Assembly: GCA_902586885.1 (NCBI GenBank)
Contig: CACIJG010000006.1
Coordinates: 11,512 to 75,511 of the forward strand
Source of the DNA: an uncultured Alphaproteobacteria bacterium
Lineage (GTDB): Bacteria; Pseudomonadota; Alphaproteobacteria; Rhodobacterales; Rhodobacteraceae
Reading direction: 5' to 3'
DNA: 64,000 nucleotides
The notes under the pieces were generated by a model that saw only the letters and a program-made list of their open reading frames with translations, was not told the origin of the DNA and searched no databases. The translations under genes and the position numbers were made by a program. Shown here one piece after another: positions 49,542-58,762 of the stretch (positions are counted from its first letter, which is position 1; each line of letters starts with the position of its first letter).

Positions 49542-50636
49542 ATGAATTTAAGTTCAGCGGAGATCTCATCCCGATTGGTTTCTGATTTAAGATTGGGTTT
49601 ACCTATAATTTTGAAAAATGAAGATGTAAATTCCGTAGTAATCGCCGTTGAAACTCTCCAGGAAAATCGATTTTCTGAAATCACAAATATTGCGGAAGAA
49701 GCGCATATGGAATTAATAATTACAAACCGCAGAGCTGAGGTCTTGAAAGCACGTTTATATCATGAAAAGGTTACTAGATTAAGAATAGAAAAAAATGTTA
49801 GCATTGATTTTCTTCAGGCGACTGCAGATCCTGCTCAAGATCTTAATTATCCATACAAAGGACCATTTAATAGCATTAGGGAAGGTGATAGTATTTTAGC
49901 TGAAATTGCTATTGATCTCTGTAAAAAGGCAAGACTTTTACCAGCGGCTTTGGTAGTAAATATTGCAAAAGAATCAGAAAGTTTATTAATTCGTAATCAA
50001 GTATCTCATGCCTCGGTCGGAGAACTCTCTACACAAAGCTATCATTTTGAACTTTTATCCAACTTAAGCTCTGCAAGACTACCTATTTCTAATAAAACTG
50101 AAGTTGAGCTTAAAGTTTTTAGGGATCTAACAGAAATTTCAGAACATTATGCAATAGTTTTCGGTAACCCTTATAATTCAGAAAACTGCATAACTAGAAT
50201 CCATTCTGCCTGTTTTACTGGAGACCTTTTGGGGTCAATGAAATGTGATTGTGGTGAGCAATTTAAAGGGGCTATTTCGGCTATTCAAAAACAAGAGAAA
50301 GGTGTCTTGCTATATTTAAACCAAGAGGGGAGAGGAATAGGTCTGGCCAATAAAATGAGAGCCTATCATCTTCAAAACATGGGGTTCGATACCGTTGAAG
50401 CAAACCATCGTTTGGGGTTTGAAGATGATGAGCGTGACCTTGAGATAGCAGCGCTTATTCTTAAGTCACTAAATTTAAATAAAATTCAATTGATGACTAA
50501 TAATCCAAGAAAAATAGAATTGCTTAAAGAGCACGGAGTGGAAGTATCAAAAAGAATTCCCTTAATAGTGAAAGCGAACTCAAAAAATGAGAATTACCTT
50601 CAGACAAAAGCAATAAAAAGCGGTCATCTTTTATAG
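49542..50636 (+). CDS. ribA: GTP cyclohydrolase II with N-terminal degenerate DHBP-synthase-like domain
   Basis: The C-terminal half carries RIHSACFTGDLLGSMKCDCGEQ and LNQEGRGIGL. The N-terminal ~170 aa loosely resemble RibB (LRLGLPIILKNED..VVIAVETL) but lack the ENEGD motif. Confidence 0.8.
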   Translation: MNLSSAEISSRLVSDLRLGLPIILKNEDVNSVVIAVETLQENRFSEITNIAEEAHMELIITNRRAEVLKARLYHEKVTRLRIEKNVSIDFLQATADPAQDLNYPYKGPFNSIREGDSILAEIAIDLCKKARLLPAALVVNIAKESESLLIRNQVSHASVGELSTQSYHFELLSNLSSARLPISNKTEVELKVFRDLTEISEHYAIVFGNPYNSENCITRIHSACFTGDLLGSMKCDCGEQFKGAISAIQKQEKGVLLYLNQEGRGIGLANKMRAYHLQNMGFDTVEANHRLGFEDDERDLEIAALILKSLNLNKIQLMTNNPRKIELLKEHGVEVSKRIPLIVKANSKNENYLQTKAIKSGHLL

Positions 50637-50637
50637 T

Positions 50638-51294
50638 TTATTTTTCTCTTTCACCAAATATTGCTGTCCCGATCCTAATGAACGTTGAATCATATTTAAT
50701 CGCTGTTTTATAATCAGCACTCATACCCATTGATAATTCAGTTAAACCATTGTCGTTGGCAAGATCTCTTAACAAACCAAAATGTTGTTCAGGCCTTTCA
50801 TTTATGGGGGGTATACACATTAAACCTACGACATCTAATTCGTAAGTTTTTTGGCTCAAATTTATAAACCCTTTTAAATTTTCTGGAAAAATACCTGTTT
50901 TCTGCTCTTCTTTTCCTGTGTTCACTTGTACAAATATTTTTGGACAATATCCCCTTTCTTGAGCCTCCCTAGATAATTTCTCCGCCAAAGAAAGCCTGTC
51001 TAAACTATGAATATAGTCAAAAAGACTAAATACCTTTTTTACTTTATTAGTTTGAAGAGGACCTAAGAGGTGAATTTTCAAATCTCTTTTATTGCTCTTT
51101 ACAGCCTCCCACTTACTTAGTGCTTCTTGCACTCTGTTTTCACCAAAGTGGACTTGCCCCTTTTCTATTACTTTCTTAATTTGGTCCATCGGCTTTGTTT
51201 TTGATACAGCGATAAGCTTAGTTACTCCCTTTTTTTTACCAAAAACAATTTCTGCATCCTCAATTTCTTTTTTTACTTTTTCAAAGCTACTCAT
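50638..51294 (-). CDS. yggS: YggS family pyridoxal-phosphate homeostasis protein
   Basis: 218 aa, with LIAVSKTKP, HFGENRVQE and LSMGMSADY. Confidence 0.85.
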   Translation of the reverse strand: MSSFEKVKKEIEDAEIVFGKKKGVTKLIAVSKTKPMDQIKKVIEKGQVHFGENRVQEALSKWEAVKSNKRDLKIHLLGPLQTNKVKKVFSLFDYIHSLDRLSLAEKLSREAQERGYCPKIFVQVNTGKEEQKTGIFPENLKGFINLSQKTYELDVVGLMCIPPINERPEQHFGLLRDLANDNGLTELSMGMSADYKTAIKYDSTFIRIGTAIFGEREK

Positions 51295-51300
51295 TATTAA

Positions 51301-52815
51301 TTACCTTTTAAAAATATATTTAAATTCATCTCTCAGTAAATTTTTTTGTACTTTGCCCATTGAATTTCTCGGTAAATTATTTTTCTTTATTATTTTTTTT
51401 GGAATTTTGAAAGAAGCAAGGTTTAGCTTTAGATGTTTAATTAGCTCGGAATTATTAACATTCTCATCTTTTTTTTCTATTATAACTGCTATAATTCCCT
51501 CTCCAAAATCTGGATGCTCAACTCCTATTACTGCTGACTCTTCAATTTCCTGTATTTGGTCAATAGTTGACTCAATTTCTTTTGGGTAAACATTGAGGCC
51601 TCCAGTTATGATAAGGTCTTTGTTTCTGCCAACGATCGTCAAGTAATTATTTTCATCTAAGTATCCCATATCCCCCGTAATAAAAAAACCATCATTTCTA
51701 AACTCCTCTTTTGTCTTCTCAGGCATCTGCCAGTATCCAGCAAAAACATTAGGGCCTTTCACTTCTATGACACCAATTTCGTTTGGTTTTAAAAATAAAT
51801 TATTTCCGTCTAATGAGACTATTCTTACATTTACTTCACTAAGTGCCAAGCCAACTGTTCCCGCTCTTCTATCTCCATCATAAGGATTTGAAGTAATCAT
51901 ATTTGTTTCTGTCATTCCATAACGCTCTAAAATTTGGTGCCCAGTTACTCTCTCAAATTCCTGATGCGTTTCACTCAGTAACGGTGCGCTCCCTGATATA
52001 AACAGTCTCATCTCTCCAACTAAATTTTTTGTGAACTGTTTTTCTTTAAGTAACCGAGTATAGAAAGTTGGAACTCCCATCATAACTGTTGAATCTGGCA
52101 AAGCTTTAATTACTTCCTCGCTATTAAAGTTCTTTAAGAATATCATCTGACACCCTGTGATTAACGCAATATTTGTTGCGACGAAAAGACCGTGAGTGTG
52201 GTAAATAGGGAGAGCATGAAGCAACACGTCCTCTTCTGTAAACCTCCAAGATTTCGACAAAGTCTCAGCATTGGAAAGGAGATTCTTATGTGTCAGCATT
52301 GCTCCTTTTGATCTGCCGGTCGTACCAGAAGTATAAAGTATGGCTCCTATATCATTTTCTCGTCGTTTTTCAACAAAATCCAAAGGTGTTAATTTTTCCA
52401 TGTTTTCAAAAAAGCTACCCTCATAATCACTTGCGATAGTTTTTGTTGTAAACTTTCTTTCTTTGTCATTTTGAATAATTTCCTTTTCCATCTCAGGCTG
52501 ACAGACAAATAATTTGCACTGTGAGTCCGTTAGAAAATAATCTACTTCTGAATGAGTGTAAGAAGTATTCAACGGAATAAAAATTATACCAAGCTGAACG
52601 CAAGCACCATAAATTGTTAATACGTGATGGGATTTACTTATTTGAACTGCCAAGCGATCTTCACACTTTAAACCTAATTCTTGTAGATACCTTGCTGAGG
52701 TTTTTATTTCTTGAAGAAACCGATCGTATGTTAAAGATTCTTTATTTTCTAAATATTTGATAAAAACTTTTTTGTTTTTTTGAGTATCAAATAATCTATC
52801 GAATAATATATTCAT
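51301..52815 (-). CDS. matB: malonyl-CoA synthetase-like AMP-forming ligase (MatB-like)
   Basis: 504 aa. DRLAVQISKS..., IPLNTSYTHSEVDYFLTDSQCKLFVC and YTSGTTGRSKG track rhizobial MatB closely as I recall it. Confidence 0.65.
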   Translation of the reverse strand: MNILFDRLFDTQKNKKVFIKYLENKESLTYDRFLQEIKTSARYLQELGLKCEDRLAVQISKSHHVLTIYGACVQLGIIFIPLNTSYTHSEVDYFLTDSQCKLFVCQPEMEKEIIQNDKERKFTTKTIASDYEGSFFENMEKLTPLDFVEKRRENDIGAILYTSGTTGRSKGAMLTHKNLLSNAETLSKSWRFTEEDVLLHALPIYHTHGLFVATNIALITGCQMIFLKNFNSEEVIKALPDSTVMMGVPTFYTRLLKEKQFTKNLVGEMRLFISGSAPLLSETHQEFERVTGHQILERYGMTETNMITSNPYDGDRRAGTVGLALSEVNVRIVSLDGNNLFLKPNEIGVIEVKGPNVFAGYWQMPEKTKEEFRNDGFFITGDMGYLDENNYLTIVGRNKDLIITGGLNVYPKEIESTIDQIQEIEESAVIGVEHPDFGEGIIAVIIEKKDENVNNSELIKHLKLNLASFKIPKKIIKKNNLPRNSMGKVQKNLLRDEFKYIFKR

Positions 52816-52823
52816 TTTATAAT

Positions 52824-53957
52824 TTAAGGTTTTTCATTATTATTTTCTAAAGCTTTTTTCCATTTTTCTAACCACCACTTATATTGTTGAGGCCATTCTT
52901 TAAACTCATCATTTTGATTTGCCTCTTCTCTCGCATGATTTGTCCAAAAGGGATCAAACAAATGTTGCCTTCCTAACGCAATTAGGTCTGCTAAACCATT
53001 TTCCAATATAGAATTTGCGTATTTATAATTTGTAATTAACCCTACTGCCTGGGTAGAAATTCCAACTTCTTTTTTTATTCTAGCAGCAAAAGGCACCTGG
53101 AAGCCCATTTCTTTTTTTTGGCCAGAAGCCGTTGCTCCTTTTGGTGAATTTCCGCCTGAAGAACAATCAATAATATCTACATCCAATTTTTTAAGCTCAC
53201 TACAGAAGATTACACTGTCATCCAAAGTCCATCCTCCCTCAAGACCATCTTCACTAGATATTCTTACAAATAGAGGAATTTTAACTCCAATTTTTTCTCT
53301 TACTGCTTTTACAACTTCTAAAGGATATCTCATTCTATTTTCAATAGAACCTCCATATTCATCGTTTCTTAAATTCGATATAGGAGATAAAAAGCTATGC
53401 AATAAATATCCATGAGCCATATGGACCTCCAAAACCTTAAAGCCTGCCTTTAAAGCTCTCTCAGCTCCCAAAACAAAAGCTTTCTTAATTTCAACCAAAT
53501 CCACACTTTCCATTTTTCTTGGTTTTAACCATCCCTTATCTAATGGTTTACTTGATGGCGCTATTGGCTCCCATATAACATCACCTCTTTCTATATCAGT
53601 ATTTGATTGAGGGCCGTTCCCGTGCCAAGGCCTCTGCATGCTGCCTTTTTGACCAGCGTGAGCTAATTGTATTGCTGGCGTAGACCCAAAGTTCTCAATT
53701 ATTCTAGCCAACTCACTTAGACCCTCAAGGAAATCATCTTTCCAAATTCCTAAACAACCGTTTGTTATCCTTCCCTGTGAAGTTACAGCTGTTGCCTCCA
53801 GAAAGACTAGTCCCGCTCCCCCCATAGCCATCTGCCCATAATGAACTCTATGATGATCTTGTGAATAACCGTCTTTTGCTGAATATTGACACATAGGGGA
53901 AACTACAACCCTATTTTTTAACTTAACATTTTTAATTTCAAAGTTTTCAAATAACAT
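52824..53957 (-). CDS. NADH:flavin oxidoreductase, Old Yellow Enzyme family (YqjM-like)
   Basis: Motifs SPMCQYSA, QLAHAGQKG, HMAHGYLLHSFLSP and NLRNDEYGGS. Confidence 0.85.
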   Translation of the reverse strand: MLFENFEIKNVKLKNRVVVSPMCQYSAKDGYSQDHHRVHYGQMAMGGAGLVFLEATAVTSQGRITNGCLGIWKDDFLEGLSELARIIENFGSTPAIQLAHAGQKGSMQRPWHGNGPQSNTDIERGDVIWEPIAPSSKPLDKGWLKPRKMESVDLVEIKKAFVLGAERALKAGFKVLEVHMAHGYLLHSFLSPISNLRNDEYGGSIENRMRYPLEVVKAVREKIGVKIPLFVRISSEDGLEGGWTLDDSVIFCSELKKLDVDIIDCSSGGNSPKGATASGQKKEMGFQVPFAARIKKEVGISTQAVGLITNYKYANSILENGLADLIALGRQHLFDPFWTNHAREEANQNDEFKEWPQQYKWWLEKWKKALENNNEKP

Positions 53958-53990
53958 AACAATCTTCTCATACTTGTTGATTTTAATAAG

Positions 53991-54869
53991 CTAACCTTTC
54001 TTTAAAACTACCGCAAGAATGCCAGGTGTAATAAGGAAAAGACTTAGCCAACCATAAAGACCTAAAGTTTCATTTAATATTAGTAAGCCCAAAATAGCCC
54101 CAATAGGTGGAACCGCAGATAGTATAGCTGAAATAGAAGCTGATCCAATTTTTTGAGATGCATAGGTAATAAAAAATATACCTATAAGATTGGGAACAAA
54201 CCCTTGATATATCATTTGAAGGGCTAAAATATTCTGTGGAACTCCAACATATCCGTGTGGCAATAGGAACCACCAAATTGGGAGATATAAAAGCGCATTT
54301 AACACTGATCCACACAAGAGTAATTGAGTCATAGTGATGTTCCAAAGACGGCTAAGAACTACATAGATTGAAAAGAATATTGCACCTGTGACAAATAAAA
54401 AATCACCAACCCAAGTATTAGAAAATGATAGATCAAGACCATCAAAAACTACTAAAAAAGCTCCAAATAAAATTAAAACAGCTCCTAAAACTTGTTGTAA
54501 ATAAATTCTTTGTTTAAGTAAAAAAAAGCCTAAAAATAAAGTGATAACGGGCATTAAAGCATTCATAAAAATTCCGCCATGTGCAGCTGGGGCATAAATA
54601 AAACCACTGAATACACATAAAATATATACAGGTCCTAATAGGAAGGTCACAACGCAAATTCTAAAAAGGGAAATTGTTCGCCATGGTTTAAAATATAATA
54701 CGATCGGCAATGCAATTATAGTTGATAACCCGTATCTGAAAGCTGCAAAATCATAAATGGTAAGAGTCGAACCGACTCCTGACCTAGTTACCACCAGCCA
54801 AAAAGACCAAATGAATACAACAGATATACCTGCTAATAAACCAAGAAAATATGAATTATTTAATTTCAC
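53991..54869 (-). CDS. DMT/EamA family transporter
   Basis: About 10 TM segments. First gene of a tightly spaced 4-gene minus-strand unit. Confidence 0.75.
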   Translation of the reverse strand: MKLNNSYFLGLLAGISVVFIWSFWLVVTRSGVGSTLTIYDFAAFRYGLSTIIALPIVLYFKPWRTISLFRICVVTFLLGPVYILCVFSGFIYAPAAHGGIFMNALMPVITLFLGFFLLKQRIYLQQVLGAVLILFGAFLVVFDGLDLSFSNTWVGDFLFVTGAIFFSIYVVLSRLWNITMTQLLLCGSVLNALLYLPIWWFLLPHGYVGVPQNILALQMIYQGFVPNLIGIFFITYASQKIGSASISAILSAVPPIGAILGLLILNETLGLYGWLSLFLITPGILAVVLKKG

Positions 54870-55055
54870 CTAATACTATCAAAACCTGATACTTAGCTTA
54901 ATTGCCTTGCATGCTATAAATGAAGACTTGGCCTCAGTTTTGATAAAAAATCAATATAAAAATTAGTTATTTTAAGAATCACTGATTTTCCTTATACTCT
55001 GGTCTTTAACGAGAGAATTTTATTCAATTTACAATTACATCTTAGGGAGAAAGAT

Positions 55056-56231
55056 ATGAAAAAACTATTTACAACTCTCCTAGCTTTATGCTTGCTCAAC
55101 ACAGCGTCTTTCTCTGACGTTAAAGTAGGTATAATTTTAGGGTTTACGGGACCAATTGAAAGTCTCACGCCAGACATGGCTGCTGGTGCAGAGCTAGCAA
55201 TAGACGAAGTAAACAAATCAAATCATTTTAGTCTAGGACAGGTATCTGCTGTTAGAGCTGACTCTACCTGTATCGACTCATCAGCCGCCACAGCTGCTGC
55301 AGAAAGATTAATTACGTCTGACAAAGTCAATGGTATAATGGGCGCTGACTGCTCAGGGGTGACCACTGCGATACTTCAGCAGGTTGCTTTGGCAAACGGT
55401 GTTGTTATGATATCGCCGTCAGCTACTTCACCTGCTTTATCTACGGTTGAAGACAACAATCTTTTCTTTAGAACTGCTCCGTCTGATGCTCGACAAGGTC
55501 AAGTAGTTGCTGATATTTTAAAAGATATGGGCCTAAAAAATATAGCCATATCCTATGTAAATAACGACTACGGAAAAGGTTTAGCAGCGAGCATAGAAAC
55601 CAACCATAAAGCTGCTGGCGGAAAAGTAACAATAAGCGCTCCACACGAAGATGACAAAGGTGACTATAGCGCAGAAGTTGGTGCACTTGCGCAAGCTGGA
55701 GGAGATATTCTAGTTGTTGCGGGGTACTTGAATTCCGGCGGTAAAGGTATAATTCAAGCATCTCTTGATGCTGGAGCATTCGATCAATTTTTCCTACCTG
55801 ATGGAATGATAGGTGAGTCGCTTCCTAAAGATATAGGATCAGGATTAAATGGTTCTATTGGTACTGTTCCAGGTACAGATAGCCCAGGCGCTGCAAAATT
55901 TACTGATATGGCTAAAGCTGCTGGATTTAAAAATGGTCCTTTTGCTGGAGAATCTTATGACGCTGCTGCTTTAATGCTTCTAGCAATGGAAGCTGCCAAG
56001 TCTTCAGACAGCCAAAAATACAAAAGCAAAATAATGGATATTGCCAACGCTCCAGGAGAGAAAATCTATCCTGGCGAATTGAAAAAGGCTTTCCATATGA
56101 TTATGGAAGGAAAGGATATCGATTATGTTGGAGCCACTGCTGTAGAGCTTATTGGCCCTGGAGAAAGTGCCGGTAATTACCGTCAGATTGAAGTAAAGGG
56201 TGGTAAAAACGAAACCGTAGCTTACAGATAA
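55056..56231 (+). CDS. ABC transporter periplasmic substrate-binding protein, LivJ/K (Peripla_BP_6) type
   Basis: Signal peptide, IGIILGFTGP, a Cys pair (STCID/ADCSG) and FRTAPSD. It is visibly more G+C/Ala/Gly-rich than neighbouring genes, which suggests high expression. Confidence 0.85.
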   Translation: MKKLFTTLLALCLLNTASFSDVKVGIILGFTGPIESLTPDMAAGAELAIDEVNKSNHFSLGQVSAVRADSTCIDSSAATAAAERLITSDKVNGIMGADCSGVTTAILQQVALANGVVMISPSATSPALSTVEDNNLFFRTAPSDARQGQVVADILKDMGLKNIAISYVNNDYGKGLAASIETNHKAAGGKVTISAPHEDDKGDYSAEVGALAQAGGDILVVAGYLNSGGKGIIQASLDAGAFDQFFLPDGMIGESLPKDIGSGLNGSIGTVPGTDSPGAAKFTDMAKAAGFKNGPFAGESYDAAALMLLAMEAAKSSDSQKYKSKIMDIANAPGEKIYPGELKKAFHMIMEGKDIDYVGATAVELIGPGESAGNYRQIEVKGGKNETVAYR

Positions 56232-56247
56232 GAAACCTATATTTAAT

Positions 56248-56275
56248 GCCTTGGCCCGTTAATTCGGACCAAGGC
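56248..56275 (+). terminator. GC-rich hairpin between the binding-protein gene and ATPase genes (attenuator or mRNA-stabilising 3' hairpin)
   Basis: GCCTTGG-C-CCG ttaatt CGG-A-CCAAGGC is 10 bp with one mismatch. It begins 17 nt after the stop codon and is followed by TTTATGTT. Confidence 0.55.
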
Positions 56276-56283
56276 TTTATGTT

Positions 56284-57036
56284 ATGATTGAAATAAAAAA
56301 CGTATCAAAGAATTTCGGTGGGATTAAAGCCGTAAATGATGTTTCTCTAGAAATAAAGAAAGGGTCAATTACTGGTCTTATAGGTCCAAATGGAGCAGGC
56401 AAAACTACTCTTTTCAATATAATTGCTGGCTTTTATTTCCCTGATAAAGGCAATATTACACTTGAAGGGGAAGAGATATCTGGTCTCAGATCAGACCAAC
56501 TTTTTGACAAAGGTGTATTGAGAACCTTTCAGATCGCTCATGAATTTGAGAACCTTACTGTTAGAGAAAACCTTATGATGGTTCCTCCAAAGCAGACTGG
56601 AGAAAAAATTTTAAACACATGGCTTTCGCCTAAAAAAATAAAGGTAGAAGAACAGATTGTTTTTGAGAAAGCGTCCTCGGTAATGAAATTTTTGAATCTT
56701 TTTCACCTTGAGAATGATAAAGCTGGAAGCCTTTCAGGAGGACAAAAGAAATTATTAGAGCTGGGGCGAACTATGATGGTAGATGCAAAATTAGTACTTT
56801 TGGATGAAGTTGGCGCAGGTGTAAATAAAACTCTATTAAAAAAGATTGCTGAATCAATAAGGCAACTTAATAAAGACTATGGTTATACATTTTTTATGAT
56901 AGAGCATGATATCGAATTTATCTCTGCACTTTGTGACCCGGTAATAGTAATGACTGACGGTAAGGTTCTAACTGAAGATTCAGCTGAAAATATAAAAAAT
57001 GACGATAGAGTTATAGAAGCTTATTTAGGGAATTGA
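56284..57036 (+). CDS. livG: ABC transporter ATP-binding protein (LivG type)
   Basis: Walker A GPNGAGKTT, signature LSGGQKKLLE, Walker B LVLLDE. Confidence 0.85.
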   Translation: MIEIKNVSKNFGGIKAVNDVSLEIKKGSITGLIGPNGAGKTTLFNIIAGFYFPDKGNITLEGEEISGLRSDQLFDKGVLRTFQIAHEFENLTVRENLMMVPPKQTGEKILNTWLSPKKIKVEEQIVFEKASSVMKFLNLFHLENDKAGSLSGGQKKLLELGRTMMVDAKLVLLDEVGAGVNKTLLKKIAESIRQLNKDYGYTFFMIEHDIEFISALCDPVIVMTDGKVLTEDSAENIKNDDRVIEAYLGN

Positions 57037-57049
57037 AGGGTCAGTATTA

Positions 57050-57751
57050 ATGTTTCTGAATGCTGAAAATATGCTAGGAGGTTATGGTGAGACAACTATC
57101 TTGAATGGTTGCTCAATTTCTGTAGAAAAAGGTGAAATAGCTGTAATTGTGGGACCTAATGGAGCGGGTAAGTCAACGGCTATGCGCGCTATATTTGGAA
57201 TGTTAAATTTACAAGCCGGGAAGGTTATTTTTGATAATCAAGATATAACGTCTCTAAAACCTCAAGAAAGAGTTGGTAAGGGAATGGGGTTTGTTCCTCA
57301 AACAAACAATGTTTTTACCTCTATGACAGTTCTGGAAAATATGGAAATAGGAGGTTTCATAAACAAAGATAGGTTTGAAGAAAATGTGCAGGAAGTTTTT
57401 AAATTATTTCCGATACTTAAAGAAAAGGAAAAGCAACTCGTTGGGGAGCTTTCTGGTGGACAAAGACAACAAGTCGCTGTCGGTAGGGCATTGATGACTA
57501 ACCCAAAACTTCTTATGTTAGATGAGCCGACCGCGGGTGTATCCCCTATAGTCGTAAAGGAACTCTTTGAAAAAATTATTGAGATTTCAAAAACTGGAAT
57601 TGCAATTTTAATGGTAGAGCAAAATGCTAAACAAGCATTAAATATTGCTGACCATGGCTTTGTATTAGTTCAAGGAGAAAACAGATATACCGATAAAGGC
57701 TCTAACCTTCTTGCCAACAAAGACGTAAGAAAGGCTTTCTTGGGAGGATAG
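57050..57751 (+). CDS. livF: ABC transporter ATP-binding protein (LivF type)
   Basis: Walker A GPNGAGKST, signature LSGGQRQQVA, Walker B LLMLDEP. Confidence 0.85.
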   Translation: MFLNAENMLGGYGETTILNGCSISVEKGEIAVIVGPNGAGKSTAMRAIFGMLNLQAGKVIFDNQDITSLKPQERVGKGMGFVPQTNNVFTSMTVLENMEIGGFINKDRFEENVQEVFKLFPILKEKEKQLVGELSGGQRQQVAVGRALMTNPKLLMLDEPTAGVSPIVVKELFEKIIEISKTGIAILMVEQNAKQALNIADHGFVLVQGENRYTDKGSNLLANKDVRKAFLGG

Positions 57752-58762
57752 ATGGATTATTTAAACGCTCTAGCGCTGATAACAAACTACATTCTATTGC
57801 CAGGACTGACTTATGGAAGCCAGCTAGCTCTAGGGGCACTAGGTGTTACTTTAATATACGCCGTTTTAAGGTTTTCTAATTTTGCTCATGGGGAAATAAT
57901 GTCATTTGGTACTATGGTTTGCATTTTGTTCACATGGCTGGGTCAAAGTTATGGGATAAATTTTGGTTTTTTACCTACAGCACTTTTGTTCTTACCCATT
58001 GCAATTTTATTTAGCGTTATTTATTGCATATTACTTGAAAAAACAGTTTTTTCTTATTACCGGACAAAAAAATCTGATCCAATTGTTTTTCTAATAGCTT
58101 CAATAGGAGTAATGTTTTTCACAGCGGGGCTGATAAGATTTATTATTGGACCTAGTGACCAAAGTTTTAATGATGGTGTGAGATTTTTATTTACTGTTAG
58201 AGATTTCAAAAATTTTACGGGATTAAATGAAGGATTTGGGTTAAAGACTACACAAGCTATTTCTGTAATCACTACTATGGCTCTATGCTTTTTGTTGTTT
58301 TGGTTTTTGAACAAGACAAGAACAGGAAAGTCTATGAGAGCGTTTTCAGATAATGAAGATTTAGCTTTGTTGTCAGGAATTGACCCAAATAAAGTCGTTT
58401 TGCTTACATGGGTTATAGCTGGTGGTCTAGCAACTTTTGCTGGAGTTTTATATGGATTAGACAAAGTTTATAAACCATTTATTTTTCTTCAAATGCTTCT
58501 TCCTATCTTCTCTGCAGCTATCGTTGGAGGCGTAGGTAATCCTTTGGGAGCTTTCGTGGGTGGCTACATCATTGCACTTTCCGAGCTTTTCGTCACTTTT
58601 GCTTACAAAAAAGTATTAGGCTATATTTTGCCCGAGGGACTCGGGCCTGATAGCATGATGCAATTTCTTTCCACGGATTATAAGTTTGCAGTTTCGTTTA
58701 TTATTTTAGTTATCGTATTGATTCTAAGACCAACAGGTATATTTAGCGGGAAGACGTTATGA
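57752..58762 (+). CDS. livH: branched-chain amino acid-type ABC transporter permease (LivH type)
   Basis: Polytopic protein with the LivH-like motif SFAHGEIMSFG and GKSMRAFSDNEDLA. Confidence 0.8.
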   Translation: MDYLNALALITNYILLPGLTYGSQLALGALGVTLIYAVLRFSNFAHGEIMSFGTMVCILFTWLGQSYGINFGFLPTALLFLPIAILFSVIYCILLEKTVFSYYRTKKSDPIVFLIASIGVMFFTAGLIRFIIGPSDQSFNDGVRFLFTVRDFKNFTGLNEGFGLKTTQAISVITTMALCFLLFWFLNKTRTGKSMRAFSDNEDLALLSGIDPNKVVLLTWVIAGGLATFAGVLYGLDKVYKPFIFLQMLLPIFSAAIVGGVGNPLGAFVGGYIIALSELFVTFAYKKVLGYILPEGLGPDSMMQFLSTDYKFAVSFIILVIVLILRPTGIFSGKTL

